Below are positions 36,459 through 44,963 of a DNA stretch of 58,336 nt, piece by piece. The stretch spans positions 1-58,336 of IMG/VR virus record IMGVR_UViG_3300035388_000018. The stretch is one strand, 5' to 3'. The translations under genes and the position numbers were made by a program. This stretch comes from a virus (taxonomy: Duplodnaviria > Caudoviricetes). Each line of letters opens with the position of its first letter. Position 1 is the first letter of the stretch. The notes beneath the pieces are model-generated. The model had not been told where the DNA came from and did no database searches. It saw nothing but the letters and a program-made list of their open reading frames with translations.

Positions 36459-37457
36459 ATGCCGGAAACAATAAAATGCAAGTTTAATTTATTCGAAGAG
36501 GGCCGGGAATATACCGGGCATCACCGAAAGTATGTTCTTGAAAATGCAAGGCGTGTCTGTTACGCGCCCGGGACCAGGGAAGGGCTCAGACTTCGGGAAA
36601 AATTAGGATACCTGGGCCACGGCCGGCGGGAAATGGCCGGCAAGATCCGGATCGGTGAAGTCGAAAAAGTGGAAATGCCGGATGGGTCCATGGCGGTTGT
36701 CGAAAATGTCCCAAGCAATGTGACCACGTTTTTTGAAATCGACAAAGATGGAAACGTTGACCACCACCAAGAAATTTTAGGCACGAACCAGCCCGGTAAA
36801 ATTGTTTCGGGCCTGAACCAATCCAAGGTGGGCGGTTTCTCTTGGGCTATGGGTGGCAGTGACGGCGGGCAGCATGGTGCCACACGAGTTTCGTCGTTTG
36901 AGGGGTTTGACTATGTTATGAACCCGGGTTTTTCTGCAAACCGGGGGTATGTCCTTGAATCAGCTGGGGCCCGGGATATGATACTTGAAAGTATTTGTAA
37001 AACCGGGATCGATGACAAGGTGGCTGAAAAATACCTTGAAAATTGGGCTGCATCGGCACAGGTCCAGGCAATTGAACTTGAGGAAAAGCTTGCATCGGCT
37101 GAAATATTCGAGTCGGCTTTGATTGAGAAAAGTGAGGCCTTAGCCGCTGAAAATGAAGCGTTTAAAAAGCAGGCTGAAGGAAGGCAGGCTTTAATCACTG
37201 AATGTGCCAAAAATAGCACGGTGGTTATCCCTGCCGGTGTTGCGGATGCACTTATCAGTATGGCGAATGAGGATGATTTTAATAAGCTGGTCGGCTTTTT
37301 TGAATCCGCCGGTCATGCTGACCTTTCCCGGTATCCGTTACCCGGGGTTGAACGGGAAAAAATAATGGTTGAAAAGTATCCGGTCAAAAGAAAGCCTGAG
37401 TATGGGCAGGCGGCGGCCGGTGTTGATTTTGGTGGCAAATCTTTTATCGTTCGATAA
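36459..37457 (+). CDS. pro: Prohead protease (P1 Pro-like)
   Basis: GR.Y..H.R.Y, GY.GHGRR, NVP...T, H.QEIL...PG..V....S..GGFSWA.GG, GFDYV..P. Confidence 0.88.
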   Translation: MPETIKCKFNLFEEGREYTGHHRKYVLENARRVCYAPGTREGLRLREKLGYLGHGRREMAGKIRIGEVEKVEMPDGSMAVVENVPSNVTTFFEIDKDGNVDHHQEILGTNQPGKIVSGLNQSKVGGFSWAMGGSDGGQHGATRVSSFEGFDYVMNPGFSANRGYVLESAGARDMILESICKTGIDDKVAEKYLENWAASAQVQAIELEEKLASAEIFESALIEKSEALAAENEAFKKQAEGRQALITECAKNSTVVIPAGVADALISMANEDDFNKLVGFFESAGHADLSRYPLPGVEREKIMVEKYPVKRKPEYGQAAAGVDFGGKSFIVR

Positions 37458-37467
37458 CGGGGGTGGT

Positions 37468-37755
37468 ATGAGCGAGTTATCAGCGATAATGTCAACACTT
37501 GAGAACCATGGCCGGAAATTAGAAACGATAGAGGGCGCTATCGCAGCAATCGCCGTCCAGGATGAGCAAATACAAAGTTTGCAAACACAGATGACGGCGT
37601 TGTTTGCAAAGCTTGAAGTGGTTTTAGGCCCCGAGGGAACGATTGTCCATATGAAAGAGCATCAAGCCAGCTGCCCAAAGTCTCAAGTCAAGTGGCTATG
37701 GACGGCGATAGCAGCACAGGCGCTAATGATTATTGGTAAATTTTTGACTGGATAA
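37468..37755 (+). CDS. Small coiled-coil protein with C-terminal TM helix (possible lysis accessory)
   Basis: Heptad-like N-terminus, C-terminal WLWTAIAAQALMII; follows pro, where P1 has lysis accessory genes. Confidence 0.5.
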   Translation: MSELSAIMSTLENHGRKLETIEGAIAAIAVQDEQIQSLQTQMTALFAKLEVVLGPEGTIVHMKEHQASCPKSQVKWLWTAIAAQALMIIGKFLTG

Positions 37756-37802
37756 AATAGGCCTGGGCCGTTTCGTGGGTGATCGCGGGGCGGTCCAGGT
37801 CG

Positions 37803-38157
37803 AACTTGGAATGCAAACCACCATCGTCCTCTAAATCTGTGGCGGTGTTTTATCTTTATATAGATAGGGTTAAGGGATAAGACAGTTTTTGTGCATCTAA
37901 GCATTTGTAATATTTAAAAAAGTGCAGGTTCAACTTGGAATGCAAACCACTATCCCCCGGTCAATTTGGAATGTAAACCACCACCTATACGCTTAATTTG
38001 GAATGCAAACCACCACCAATGGGCCTATTTTCTTGGGTGATACGGTCAACTTGGAATGCAAACCACCACCTTATGCGCTTAACTTGGAATGCAAACCATC
38101 ACTTTCGTTGGTCGATTGGAATGCAAACCACCACTTTTGTGGAATGCAAACCACCAT
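37803..38157. repeat. Iteron array: 8 copies of (T)TGGAATGYAAACCA(C), with an AT-rich gap (plasmid origin / incompatibility locus)
   Basis: Copies at about 37806, 37935, 37966, 37998, 38051, 38084, 38116, 38139. Spacings 31, 32, 53, 33, 32, 23 bp are near helical-turn multiples. Abuts the rep stop codon. Confidence 0.88.
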
Positions 38158-39156
38158 CTATGGCGTTTGTACGGTGTCTTTTTTGATCAATTTATTGATA
38201 GCGGTTGCCCTTTTTGCTGCATAGTTGAATTTAGGCGCTGTTACAATTGTTATCATGCCGTCTATGATTTTCCGGCCATTATATGTATTGTCTATTTGAT
38301 ATTTATGTACTGTCTCTTTGTCTATCATTTCATCCAGGGCTTTTTTTATTTCCCGGATGTTGGTTGCTAAACTTTTGTAAAATTTTCCACCCGACTCCCG
38401 TATCAATGTCGTGACCTTAATGGTGAAAGTCTGAGTTACGCTTGCTTGCGTAAATATGTGAGCTAACCTTTTGTGTAGGTATCGAGCCATTATTTTTTTG
38501 TATGACATGCATGTAACATAGTCATATTGTCGGAAAGTCCCCTCACGGATACAGCGATCCACAAGAATATTAAATCTGACAAAGCACCGGGCGTCGCCGG
38601 ATGTTTTTAGCCATTCGGCCCTGGTACTCATACCTAAACTTTCAAAAATGTTTGAGCTTATAACAGATGTCCCGTCGGCATTTGACAATTCGATATGCGT
38701 TCGGCTGCATATGGCAAGCGCCTCTTTGATTTGGTTGATATTCAGGTCGTGTCCACTGCGTTTTAATTCGTTCTGCAGCTCAGTTAAGGTAAAGACAACG
38801 CCAGCTTTATTGTCCAAATAGAAACCCTTTCCGTCTGTAGCCAGTTTGCGTAAGGCGTCTTCAACTATCTCTTCTCTATTCCCTGGGAAATGGTCTCTAT
38901 AGATTCCGTCTTTCCCTTCTATTCGGGCCGGGATTATATCCACTTGATATTCATGCTTATCAAACACGAATTCACGGTGTAAGGGCTCTTGCCGTATCGC
39001 TACTTTGCTGTTGTTCCAACGGTCATATTTTGGGATGGCATCGTACAGGTGTATGGTATTTGAATATTTACTGGGTTGGGTTACAATCTGGAACAAACTC
39101 ATTTGTTCCATCTTTTTAAACTTTTTAATCCTTTCTGGGAATTTAGTGTCCTTCAT
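38158..39156 (-). CDS. Plasmid replication initiator protein
   Basis: YSNTI.LYDAIPKY, PG.REE.VEDALRKLA, GV.FTL.EL..EL...GH, YL.KRL.H (plasmid Rep family); adjacent iterons; N-terminal QMSLF clamp-binding motif. Confidence 0.85.
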   Translation of the reverse strand: MKDTKFPERIKKFKKMEQMSLFQIVTQPSKYSNTIHLYDAIPKYDRWNNSKVAIRQEPLHREFVFDKHEYQVDIIPARIEGKDGIYRDHFPGNREEIVEDALRKLATDGKGFYLDNKAGVVFTLTELQNELKRSGHDLNINQIKEALAICSRTHIELSNADGTSVISSNIFESLGMSTRAEWLKTSGDARCFVRFNILVDRCIREGTFRQYDYVTCMSYKKIMARYLHKRLAHIFTQASVTQTFTIKVTTLIRESGGKFYKSLATNIREIKKALDEMIDKETVHKYQIDNTYNGRKIIDGMITIVTAPKFNYAAKRATAINKLIKKDTVQTP

Positions 39157-39358
39157 TTTTCCTCTTTTCGGCCTGAGCGAGTGCGTCAACGATGGCGTTT
39201 GTAATAAAGTCTTGGATCGTTTCTTCGGCTATAGCGCAATACACCCGCATTCGTTTAAGTACATCTTTATTTATTTTGGCGTTAAGGGGACCCCTGCCCG
39301 GGGTGGTGGCGGTAGGCCTGTTGGCTTCTTTTGCCATTTTTGCAAGATTACTTTTCAT
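39143..39358 (-). CDS. ParG-like ribbon-helix-helix centromere-binding protein
   Basis: 71 aa; flexible N-terminus then LNAKINKDVLKRMRVYCA...TIQDFI..AI; follows parA. Confidence 0.75.
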   Translation of the reverse strand: MKSNLAKMAKEANRPTATTPGRGPLNAKINKDVLKRMRVYCAIAEETIQDFITNAIVDALAQAEKRKNEGH

Positions 39359-39983
39359 GGGTTTTTCTCCTTTTGAAGATTTCTTTTTTTAAAGATTGGA
39401 TTTCTTTGCTGGCAGCACTCATGGGCGCGTATGACAACACGGTTTCACCATTGATAAGAGCGTTCACATAGGCGATTCTGTGCGAAATTTCGGCCCGTAG
39501 GACGGGAACGCGGTAATATTCAAGGGCCTGCCTTGCTTCCCGGCCAACAATGGTGTTTGCAACCTTTCGAGAAATTAGAATTCGGGCGTCCAGGGCCTTG
39601 TTGTATTCCTTTGCCTCTTTGATAAGCGGAACGATGTCGTTACTGGCCCAGATATCGAGAGGGGACGGCGTTATGGGGACAATGGCTATATCGGCACTCA
39701 GAAGACAGGAAAGCGTGATGTCGCTTATTCCTGGCGGCGCATCGATGACCGTGTGTGTAAACCCACGGGTTAGCTTTTCAATGGCGGTGTGTAATGGTTC
39801 GGGGTGGTGGATGACATCGAAATGATTATTATCTGCGATTGCTTTCCACCTGGTGGCGCTGGCTTGCGGGTCCCCGTCGATCAACCGGACCGGCGTTCGC
39901 TTCCCGGCCATGGCGTGTGAAAGATTGATGGCAATGGTTGTTTTCCCGACTCCGCCCTTTTGGTTGACAATGCAAATCACCAT
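39348..39983 (-). CDS. parA: Type Ib ParA (ParF-like) partition ATPase
   Basis: NQKGGVGKTT, IDGDPQAS, IDAPP; no N-terminal HTH. Confidence 0.93.
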   Translation of the reverse strand: MVICIVNQKGGVGKTTIAINLSHAMAGKRTPVRLIDGDPQASATRWKAIADNNHFDVIHHPEPLHTAIEKLTRGFTHTVIDAPPGISDITLSCLLSADIAIVPITPSPLDIWASNDIVPLIKEAKEYNKALDARILISRKVANTIVGREARQALEYYRVPVLRAEISHRIAYVNALINGETVLSYAPMSAASKEIQSLKKEIFKRRKTHEK

Positions 39984-40081
39984 TTTTCCTACCTTTCTTT
40001 TTTAAAAAAGAACTTTTAATAAAGTTTGTTTTAAAGTAATATAGCTTTAAGCAATACTTTTCAAGCGAAAAAGGGGGTTTT

Positions 40082-40282
40082 ATGGAATATTATCAGATTA
40101 GTTTGATTGACCAGGCGTTACAGGATTTGGGGGACGTGATCGCGGCGGATTGGATGGAAAATGCCAAGGGGCTTGATGGGAAGCCCCTTGGCGTGGATGT
40201 TTCTCTTAAGATTAAGTCAGCGGCGGGGTGTTTGGGGGAGATCAAACGGTGTCAAGGATGTAACCGGCCTGATATCCTTTAG
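40082..40282 (+). CDS. Small hypothetical protein
   Basis: AAGGGGG RBS, 66 aa; divergent from parA. Confidence 0.45.
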   Translation: MEYYQISLIDQALQDLGDVIAADWMENAKGLDGKPLGVDVSLKIKSAAGCLGEIKRCQGCNRPDIL

Positions 40283-40283
40283 G

Positions 40284-40502
40284 CTATTGATCGTCGGGCG
40301 CACCTTGTATCTCACTAGCAAATTTTATTATTTCTTTAAAGGTTTCGTCAACTCCCTCAATCATACGGCAAAGCATTTTTTGTTTATCAAGATCACCAAC
40401 GTCAGCGCATTTTGCGGCTAAGTCTTGAATTGTTTTTCTTGTTTGTATCCATTTCGCTTCAGTGTCCAAACTCATTGATATTATTTTTTTTATTTCGTCC
40501 AT
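40284..40502 (-). CDS. Hypothetical protein
   Basis: AAGGA RBS, 72 aa, helical. Confidence 0.55.
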   Translation of the reverse strand: MDEIKKIISMSLDTEAKWIQTRKTIQDLAAKCADVGDLDKQKMLCRMIEGVDETFKEIIKFASEIQGAPDDQ

Positions 40503-40556
40503 ATTGGTGTCCTTTTTAGCCTAAAGTGTCAAAACCTGCCGTTTTAATCTAAAGTG

Positions 40557-40727
40557 TCAACTTCCAAAGACTGCCCCATGCTGTTTGGCCGAAACCGTGA
40601 AACCTGCGTTATACTCTTTCAGACCGCTATTGTCGCTATTCCTGAGTGCTGGTGGATTGTAATTGTTGTACCATGCGTCGCTGTCCCCGTCGTTATAGCC
40701 CTTGGTGTAATGCTTGTCTTTTCCCAT
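40557..40727 (-). CDS. 56-aa hypothetical protein not in the ORF track
   Basis: MGKDKHYTKGYNDGDSDAWYNNYNPP...EYNAGF...; directly downstream of promoter unit 40755-40798, with GGAG upstream. Confidence 0.5.
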   Translation of the reverse strand: MGKDKHYTKGYNDGDSDAWYNNYNPPALRNSDNSGLKEYNAGFTVSAKQHGAVFGS

Positions 40728-40754
40728 GTTTCATTTGCTCCTGTTTGTGTTTTA

Positions 40755-40798
40755 GCCAAGTTTTCCCACTTAAACCATAAAACTTGGCGACGTGTCAA
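40755..40798 (-). promoter_or_regulatory. Promoter/operator unit 1
   Basis: TTGACA -35 on the minus strand plus the inverted repeat GCCAAGTTTT-N14-AAAACTTGGC. Confidence 0.75.
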
Positions 40799-40815
40799 GG
40801 GGAAAATGAAAACAA

Positions 40816-41406
40816 TTAAATCTCATTCGCATAAACATTTTTAATTTCAACATCCGTAATGCAAAGATAGATGAGTGTTTCCTTCTGGCTACTGTGATTC
40901 AGACATTTCATCAAGGTCGGCAGGCTCATACCGTAATTTGTGTACTGCTGGTAGGCCCACGTTTTCCGTAGTGTGTGACTGCCGTAATTCCCCGGCATGT
41001 TCACCCGCCCGCACCAACCTTTCACCAGTCGGCTCAGTGAGGATACGGTGAGGACAGGCGCCCGGTAACTGCGAAACAGGTAATTATCATCCTGATAATC
41101 GTGGGATGCCAAAAGTTTTTGAATCGCATCGACACAAAGGGTGTTTAAATGCAGGTCTTTGACTTTGCCGGTCTTTTTTTCCCTCAATGTCAGCTTCCCC
41201 ATAGCCTGAAGGTATTTGACATCCTTGACTTTGATGGAAAGCAGATCCGAAGCTCGAAGGTTTGTATTTACCCCGATAACGAACAGGGCATAATTTCTGG
41301 GATTATGGGAAAGCAACTGTTTTATAGTTGCAATGTCTTTTGGGGCCCGGATCGGTTCTACCCTTATGATTGATCCTTTTTTGGGTCGGTTCGAGTTTTT
41401 TTTCAT
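40816..41406 (-). CDS. Small tyrosine recombinase (catalytic domain only)
   Basis: LRASDL, EKKTGK, HTLRKTW, LNHSS, IYL: full R-K-H-R-H-Y set in 196 aa. Confidence 0.92.
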   Translation of the reverse strand: MKKNSNRPKKGSIIRVEPIRAPKDIATIKQLLSHNPRNYALFVIGVNTNLRASDLLSIKVKDVKYLQAMGKLTLREKKTGKVKDLHLNTLCVDAIQKLLASHDYQDDNYLFRSYRAPVLTVSSLSRLVKGWCGRVNMPGNYGSHTLRKTWAYQQYTNYGMSLPTLMKCLNHSSQKETLIYLCITDVEIKNVYANEI

Positions 41407-41741
41407 AACGATTCCTTGTTGTGCGCGTCATAACACAATTGATTACAAAAAACTTTATCCTTGTCATAAACAATTTCGGATAAATCGCTGATTGTAATAG
41501 CTATATTTGCCCCGCAATGGCTACATTTGAAAAGCCACATCTTTTGTTCAATCAAAAGTTTAGGAGGAACAAAGCCGGTTTTTGAGTAGATGTCAAAACC
41601 GGGGCGGCGAATACAGCTTGTGTAATTAGGGTTCAGCTTTAATCTTTCGGAGCCTATCCTTTTGGCCTTGATGCCATCATTGTGGAAAACTATCGTATAG
41701 TCACCGTCCCAGTGGTCATCTTGTATTTCCCAAGCCTTCAT
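41403..41741 (-). CDS. Cys-rich hypothetical protein; paralog of the N-terminus of 48261..49151
   Basis: MKAWE.Q...TIVFH.DG...GFVPPK.LIE...W.F.C..C...VFCNQ.CYDA is shared by both. Confidence 0.7.
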   Translation of the reverse strand: MKAWEIQDDHWDGDYTIVFHNDGIKAKRIGSERLKLNPNYTSCIRRPGFDIYSKTGFVPPKLLIEQKMWLFKCSHCGANIAITISDLSEIVYDKDKVFCNQLCYDAHNKESL

Positions 41742-42283
41742 AATTTTTCCCTTTCATGTGTGAATTTTCGCCCCATCTGGAACAATTCCTGTGTCGTGAA
41801 TTTATAGGCGCCCTGCAGGTATTTATCGAATTCAGACTGCGGGTAATGCACGGATAATTGTTTTCGAATAGTGGCATGGAAAAGCTCGATAGCTTCCGGT
41901 TCCAGGCCAACAGCTTTGATACCTTTTAATATAGGCCCGTCCAAAAGATAGAATTGAATCAAATTTTTAACCTGGCCGTTTTCCGGTTCCATCCATTCCT
42001 CTATCCATTCACGGTTGACTGGCCGGGCGTTAAAACTAAAATCAAGTTCACCTAATTTTTTTGAAAACATAAAAATCCAGATGGCCACCGGTACCGGCGT
42101 GCTGGTTTCCAGGTAGCCGTATTCCCTGAATGATGCCTTGAACGCTTTTTTCTCTACCGGCGTGAGGCCTGGCAGTTGAAGCGTTACTACCGGCCCACCT
42201 CTCCACATTTCCATAACTCCGCCTTCTTGGGGCGGTATCGGCCCGGGAAAAGGTTTCCCTACTTCAAACATTGTCATTGTCAT
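41738..42283 (-). CDS. Hypothetical protein
   Basis: 181 aa, AAGGA RBS, coupled to the next gene by an ATGA overlap. Confidence 0.7.
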   Translation of the reverse strand: MTMTMFEVGKPFPGPIPPQEGGVMEMWRGGPVVTLQLPGLTPVEKKAFKASFREYGYLETSTPVPVAIWIFMFSKKLGELDFSFNARPVNREWIEEWMEPENGQVKNLIQFYLLDGPILKGIKAVGLEPEAIELFHATIRKQLSVHYPQSEFDKYLQGAYKFTTQELFQMGRKFTHEREKL

Positions 42284-42304
42284 GAGTGCATCCTTTCGCT
42301 GGGG

Positions 42305-42568
42305 CTAAACCAGCATATCAGTATCTTCACCACGTTCAATTTCCATTGTCATGCCGCTTCTGTCTATAATGTATACGTCACTATAGCCTGATATGCAAAG
42401 GGCGTCATGTCTGGCTATGGCCCGGTATGGATATTCATGCACGGATGCTTGTGGCTTTGCCGTCGGGGAGATTACTGCAAATTTAAATTGCCTTTTGAAG
42501 TTGGCCACAATGGGCGCCATGCCGGGGTGTTTGATTTCTAATTTCACTTTTCCGATAATTCGTTTCAT
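42305..42568 (-). CDS. Hypothetical protein
   Basis: AAGGA RBS preceded by a hairpin repeat. Confidence 0.65.
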   Translation of the reverse strand: MKRIIGKVKLEIKHPGMAPIVANFKRQFKFAVISPTAKPQASVHEYPYRAIARHDALCISGYSDVYIIDRSGMTMEIERGEDTDMLV

Positions 42569-42609
42569 TATTTTCCTTTGTGCCCCGGTTGCCCGGGGCG
42601 GCTGGTGAT

Positions 42610-43554
42610 TTACATCCGGATCCCGGTGCCGATGGGTGAGAAAGCATACAAATATGCCACCGCCCGAATTTCAAAATCAGTCATGGGTACCCAGTTCGGC
42701 TTATCCCCGAATCCGCGGTTCCATCCCCATCCGGTGTTTGTTGGATGATCTTTACGAAAGGCTTCCTTTTTTTCTTCAGTGTCAATGTTGTGAGCTATGA
42801 ATGATTCAACGTCAATGGCCAGGCCACCCGCTTCAGGATTAACGACATACCCAAAGTCAAAAATATTCCGACAGGTAAAAATACCGGATTCACCGGTTTT
42901 GGAGTCGACGATCTTGACTTTTGCAAAGGGGTCGGGGCCGCCTTCACCGCCGGCACGGTGGGACCTTTTAATAATCTCAACATTAAAATTTTTTCTGTCA
43001 CGTTCCCGCTGTATCGCTCTTTCGGCACGGATCGCGGCCTTTTTGGCTTCAGCGGCCTTTGCCGCTTCCATCTTTTTTCGGGCTTTGTCAAACAATTCGG
43101 CCGGCAAAAAATACCACCCATGGTGATTTTCAAGCATGTCCGGACCAATTACCTTAGCCCCGGTTTCGTCCTCATATTCACCGGACATTAGGTCCCCGTT
43201 GGTCCACAGGCACCGGGCGATAGTGTGGCCGGCCGGGCATTCTACCAGGGCCTTGTTTTTCCGGTCCTCTTCGGCGGCCTTCTCTTCGGCGGCCCGGATC
43301 GCTTCGAGCCTTTTAATCTCAAAGTCAACTATCAACCAGTCGGTTTCGGGGATGCCAATACAAACACGCCCACGTTTGTTGTTTATTTTGGCATTGCTGA
43401 TGAGTACGCCAGCTTGTTCTTTTATTTTCGCCCATTTCCCGAAACCTGAGATTGCACCCAATTTAGGGTGATGGAGTGTTGCGAAACATCCATTGCCCTT
43501 AACTTCCAAAATCACCGGGAAGCCATCCTTTATTGTCTGTGTCTTAACTTCCAT
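42610..43554 (-). CDS. Hypothetical protein (314 aa)
   Basis: Long ORF with AAGGA RBS; RNIFDFGYVVNP motif. Confidence 0.75.
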   Translation of the reverse strand: MEVKTQTIKDGFPVILEVKGNGCFATLHHPKLGAISGFGKWAKIKEQAGVLISNAKINNKRGRVCIGIPETDWLIVDFEIKRLEAIRAAEEKAAEEDRKNKALVECPAGHTIARCLWTNGDLMSGEYEDETGAKVIGPDMLENHHGWYFLPAELFDKARKKMEAAKAAEAKKAAIRAERAIQRERDRKNFNVEIIKRSHRAGGEGGPDPFAKVKIVDSKTGESGIFTCRNIFDFGYVVNPEAGGLAIDVESFIAHNIDTEEKKEAFRKDHPTNTGWGWNRGFGDKPNWVPMTDFEIRAVAYLYAFSPIGTGIRM

Positions 43555-43569
43555 GTTTTTTTCCTTTTT

Positions 43570-43758
43570 TTATGCAAAATTCAAAAAATCAATCTTGGTC
43601 CCCACGTGGAATAACTTTTTCCGGCGCGGGAATATTTTTTTTGACATTTTCCGGACCTCGAGGCCGAAACTGCGGTCGCCTCTTTCAATCAGTTTTTTTT
43701 TCCAAGCGTTTGCCTCTTTCCGCGTGTGGAACGCTTTCCCGAATGTCCCGTTCATCAT
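43570..43758 (-). CDS. Small basic hypothetical protein
   Basis: AGGAGG RBS after a hairpin. Confidence 0.65.
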   Translation of the reverse strand: MMNGTFGKAFHTRKEANAWKKKLIERGDRSFGLEVRKMSKKIFPRRKKLFHVGTKIDFLNFA

Positions 43759-43797
43759 TTTTTCCTCCTGTAGCCCCGGTTGCCCGGGGCGGTTAAC

Positions 43798-44022
43798 CTA
43801 AACTATTTCAATCTCATCCGGCATATGATCAATTGACCCTAATTCAACGGGGGTAATGTCTGTTTTTCCGCAATTTTCGCAATCTAATCCAAAGGTTTCG
43901 GCCGCTGATTTTTCATTGCTATTATAGAATTCTGAACAAGTAGGGCAATATCCATGGCCCGATTTAGAATATGTGCCATACACTAAAATTTTACTATTTG
44001 CTGTTTTTACTATTTTTTTCAT
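43798..44022 (-). CDS. Small zinc-ribbon protein
   Basis: CPTC...CENC. Confidence 0.65.
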   Translation of the reverse strand: MKKIVKTANSKILVYGTYSKSGHGYCPTCSEFYNSNEKSAAETFGLDCENCGKTDITPVELGSIDHMPDEIEIV

Positions 44023-44082
44023 TTCAAACCTTTTTCGGCAGTTAACGAACTGCCCCGGTCGCTTCCCGGGGCAGTTCGGTTT

Positions 44083-44397
44083 TTAAAATGGGCAGTCCGG
44101 ACCTTGATCTTGTGCCATACCGACTGGCTCTATCTTGCGGAACACAAACAGGTAGGGTTCCGCATCCTCATCCGGTTCTTTTTTTTTAACGAAAGCTTCA
44201 GCTTCCGGCAGGGTGTCAAAGGTTTCCCAGATGTGCAATTCATTGCCCAGTACGGCATCTGTAAACGGGCAGTGAATGGAATCTTCAGAGCACACCGGGA
44301 ATTTTCCCTGTTCTGCCAAGGCTTCAGCCTCTTTCAGCTGTGACTTGTTTTGATATTCACTTTTGGAAAGTTCGAAGGCGTTTTGAAAATCATTCAT
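44083..44397 (-). CDS. Acidic hypothetical protein
   Basis: AAGGA RBS before MNDF; overlaps the upstream ORF. Confidence 0.6.
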   Translation of the reverse strand: MNDFQNAFELSKSEYQNKSQLKEAEALAEQGKFPVCSEDSIHCPFTDAVLGNELHIWETFDTLPEAEAFVKKKEPDEDAEPYLFVFRKIEPVGMAQDQGPDCPF

Positions 44398-44611
44398 GGT
44401 TGAATTCCTTATTAATTCTATTGCATTCATCTTTTACAAGCGGATGCCAGAACATAATAATCGTATCGCCCGCTTTGTAATTCTCCCTGGCCCACGATCT
44501 ATGGCTGAATTCTGTTTCTGGTGAAAAACCTTCACCATTTGTTGCCCACGATGGCCTTTTGTGTTCCGCTTCTTCTTCTGGCGTTACGTCCCTTGGTATT
44601 TTCGATTCCAT
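44390..44611 (-). CDS. Hypothetical protein
   Basis: AAGGA RBS after a hairpin; WHP....EC..IN motif. Confidence 0.6.
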   Translation of the reverse strand: MESKIPRDVTPEEEAEHKRPSWATNGEGFSPETEFSHRSWARENYKAGDTIIMFWHPLVKDECNRINKEFNHE

Positions 44612-44671
44612 GTTTTTTTCCTTTTTTGTGCCCCGGTCGCTCCCCGGGGCGGTTTATGCTGTTTGTCGGCT

Positions 44672-44863
44672 TTAATTGTTTCCGCCCGGGATATTAGCGA
44701 CAAGATACACAGGATCATTAACATTCAATCCGGATATCTTTGTCCGCCCACACTGCCGGTCAACGTGGAAAAATTTAGTGTTATGAACGTCGCCGGGGAT
44801 TGTCTCTAAAATTGCCTTCTTAGCGCTGCTTGGTATTTCTGAAAAATTGATTTTCGATTTCAT
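44672..44863 (-). CDS. Hypothetical protein, first gene after promoter unit 2
   Basis: AAGGAG RBS. Confidence 0.6.
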   Translation of the reverse strand: MKSKINFSEIPSSAKKAILETIPGDVHNTKFFHVDRQCGRTKISGLNVNDPVYLVANIPGGNN

Positions 44864-44887
44864 GTTTTTTCGCTCCTTTGTGTCGTT

Positions 44888-44931
44888 GCTAAGTTTTCCC
44901 CCTTTTTATATAAAACCTGGCGACGTGTCAA
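44888..44931 (-). promoter_or_regulatory. Promoter/operator unit 2
   Basis: TTGACA-N17-TAAAAA on the minus strand; GCTAAGTTTT-N14-AAAACCTGGC. Confidence 0.75.
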
Positions 44932-44963
44932 GGGGTTTTTTTGATATTTTTTCAAAAAAAGGT

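Larger units (their letters stand above)
42582..44650. repeat. Four dispersed GCCCCGG-N4/7-CCGGGGC intergenic hairpins
   Basis: 42582-42599, 43773-43790, 44047-44077, 44630-44650; each lies between a stop codon and the RBS of the next minus-strand gene. Confidence 0.85.

Noticed and set aside
37803-38157. CRISPR-like array
   Set aside because: The repeats are about 16-20 bp and non-palindromic, most gaps are only about 7-17 bp, no cas genes are present, and the array abuts a rep gene. These are iterons.
37998-38370. Short repetitive ORFs (MECKPP / MQTTT / WNANHH)
   Set aside because: Translation artefacts of the iteron array.
40816-44863. Bona fide integron
   Set aside because: The recombinase lacks the IntI-specific insertion and N-terminal domain, and the hairpins are 18-31 bp without attC RYYYAAC...GTTRRRY ends. 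Kept only as a cassette-like analogy.
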